From the NCBI GenBank assembly GCA_051362555.1, contig CM120640.1:5518001-5582000 (forward strand): a stretch of DNA of 64,000 bases. Reading direction: 5' to 3'. The stretch comes from Lingula anatina. Its lineage: Eukaryota > Animalia > Brachiopoda. The notes under the pieces are model-generated. The model did not search any database. It saw nothing but the letters and a program-made list of their open reading frames with translations, and had not been told where the DNA came from. This document shows positions 63,086-64,000 of the stretch, piece after piece. A program made the position numbers and the translations under genes. The stretch's first letter is position 1; each line of letters begins with the position of its first letter.

Positions 63086-64000
63086 GGCAGGTTTTATTTC
63101 CTTTATTTTGCACAGTACCTTTGGAAAAACATAAATCTGATAGTCTGTACCTGTATGAAAAGAACCTTGTGATGAACTTGACGAAGTGAAATACTTTAAT
63201 GATAACGGGATGAATGCAGTGCTGAAAATATACACATGATACAGTCGTTTGTTGAAGTGAAACTCACCATTTTAAAACAAAATTTGTCTCAAAATACTAG
63301 CGTCCCACTCCTTTTCTAATTGACTACATACACCATCTACTCACGAACCCATTACCCTAGTCGGCTGCCTGCCTAGATATTTGGATATAAGGCATGCAGC
63401 TGTACTAAATGTTCCTCAAAATATATAGCTCTTTTCATGTACAAGTAGGTCATAGAATTTACTGTTCAACACACGACCATCTATCCGAAGACCCCAAACA
63501 GAATCAACGACTTAATACTTCTATTACACGTTTTTTTACGTACCTGTCAAGATAAGATGCTTTGTTTATATATTTCGCAGGGATGGTTAAGGCCCATGGG
63601 ATGCTACATCCAAGATAAGAGTAGACATTTAACTAGACAATCTACTCAGATCAACTATCCAGGACTAGCCCACAACGTAGTTCTGTGGCCTTGAACTGTG
63701 ACACAGCTGGTGCATCTCTTGTATATATCAACCACAGCGGTACAATAGTTTTTCTCTCATGTACATTTCAGTAGGAGAATACACTGAATAGCAGTGCAAT
63801 CGTGCAATCTGCCTATGGGATTGATACCAAACGCACTCTGGGGAGGCAGGTTCTACTTGAAATTTTGTATTAACAGAAGATCATTTTATTCTTTGTAAGA
63901 AATACCTTAGATCTATTTTTAATGTTATCAATGCACAACTAAATTGCATAAAATGCGCTATTATAAAACTACTAGATCCTTTTTATGTTTATCTGTACAA

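Noticed and set aside
62804-63235. RYamide/luqin neuropeptide precursor call
   Set aside because: No signal peptide, no dibasic cleavage sites around the motifs, and no Cys-containing C-terminal domain; kept only as an alternative.

Overview
AT-rich, intron-containing eukaryotic DNA, most likely a marine invertebrate (inferred from gene content and repeat types), so the ORF track mostly shows exon fragments. I rebuilt spliced genes by hand from GT/AG sites and intron phase. Left part (2.3-24 kb): a tandem duplication carrying a type I membrane MAM-domain gene, a secreted 3.5-MAM paralog, an F-box/LRR gene with its truncated pseudogene, and a TIMM29 3' relic at the junction. Middle and right: two head-to-head housekeeping pairs, TIMM29/YIPF1-2 and FARSA/GCDH. 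TMEM42 lies inside the TIMM29 intron on the same strand and apparently shares its first exon. One FARSA intron holds three antisense genes with uninterrupted ORFs: two secreted intradiol ring-cleavage dioxygenase-like genes and an NHL beta-propeller gene. FARSA and GCDH introns each hold a large Helentron-associated (HINE-like) element with 161-bp and 337-bp tandem arrays and nested MITEs; one copy is inserted into itself. An orphan 93-aa MGCGAS (predicted lipid-anchored) ORF lies near the right end. No rRNA, tRNA or CRISPR array was seen. All calls were made by eye without database searches.
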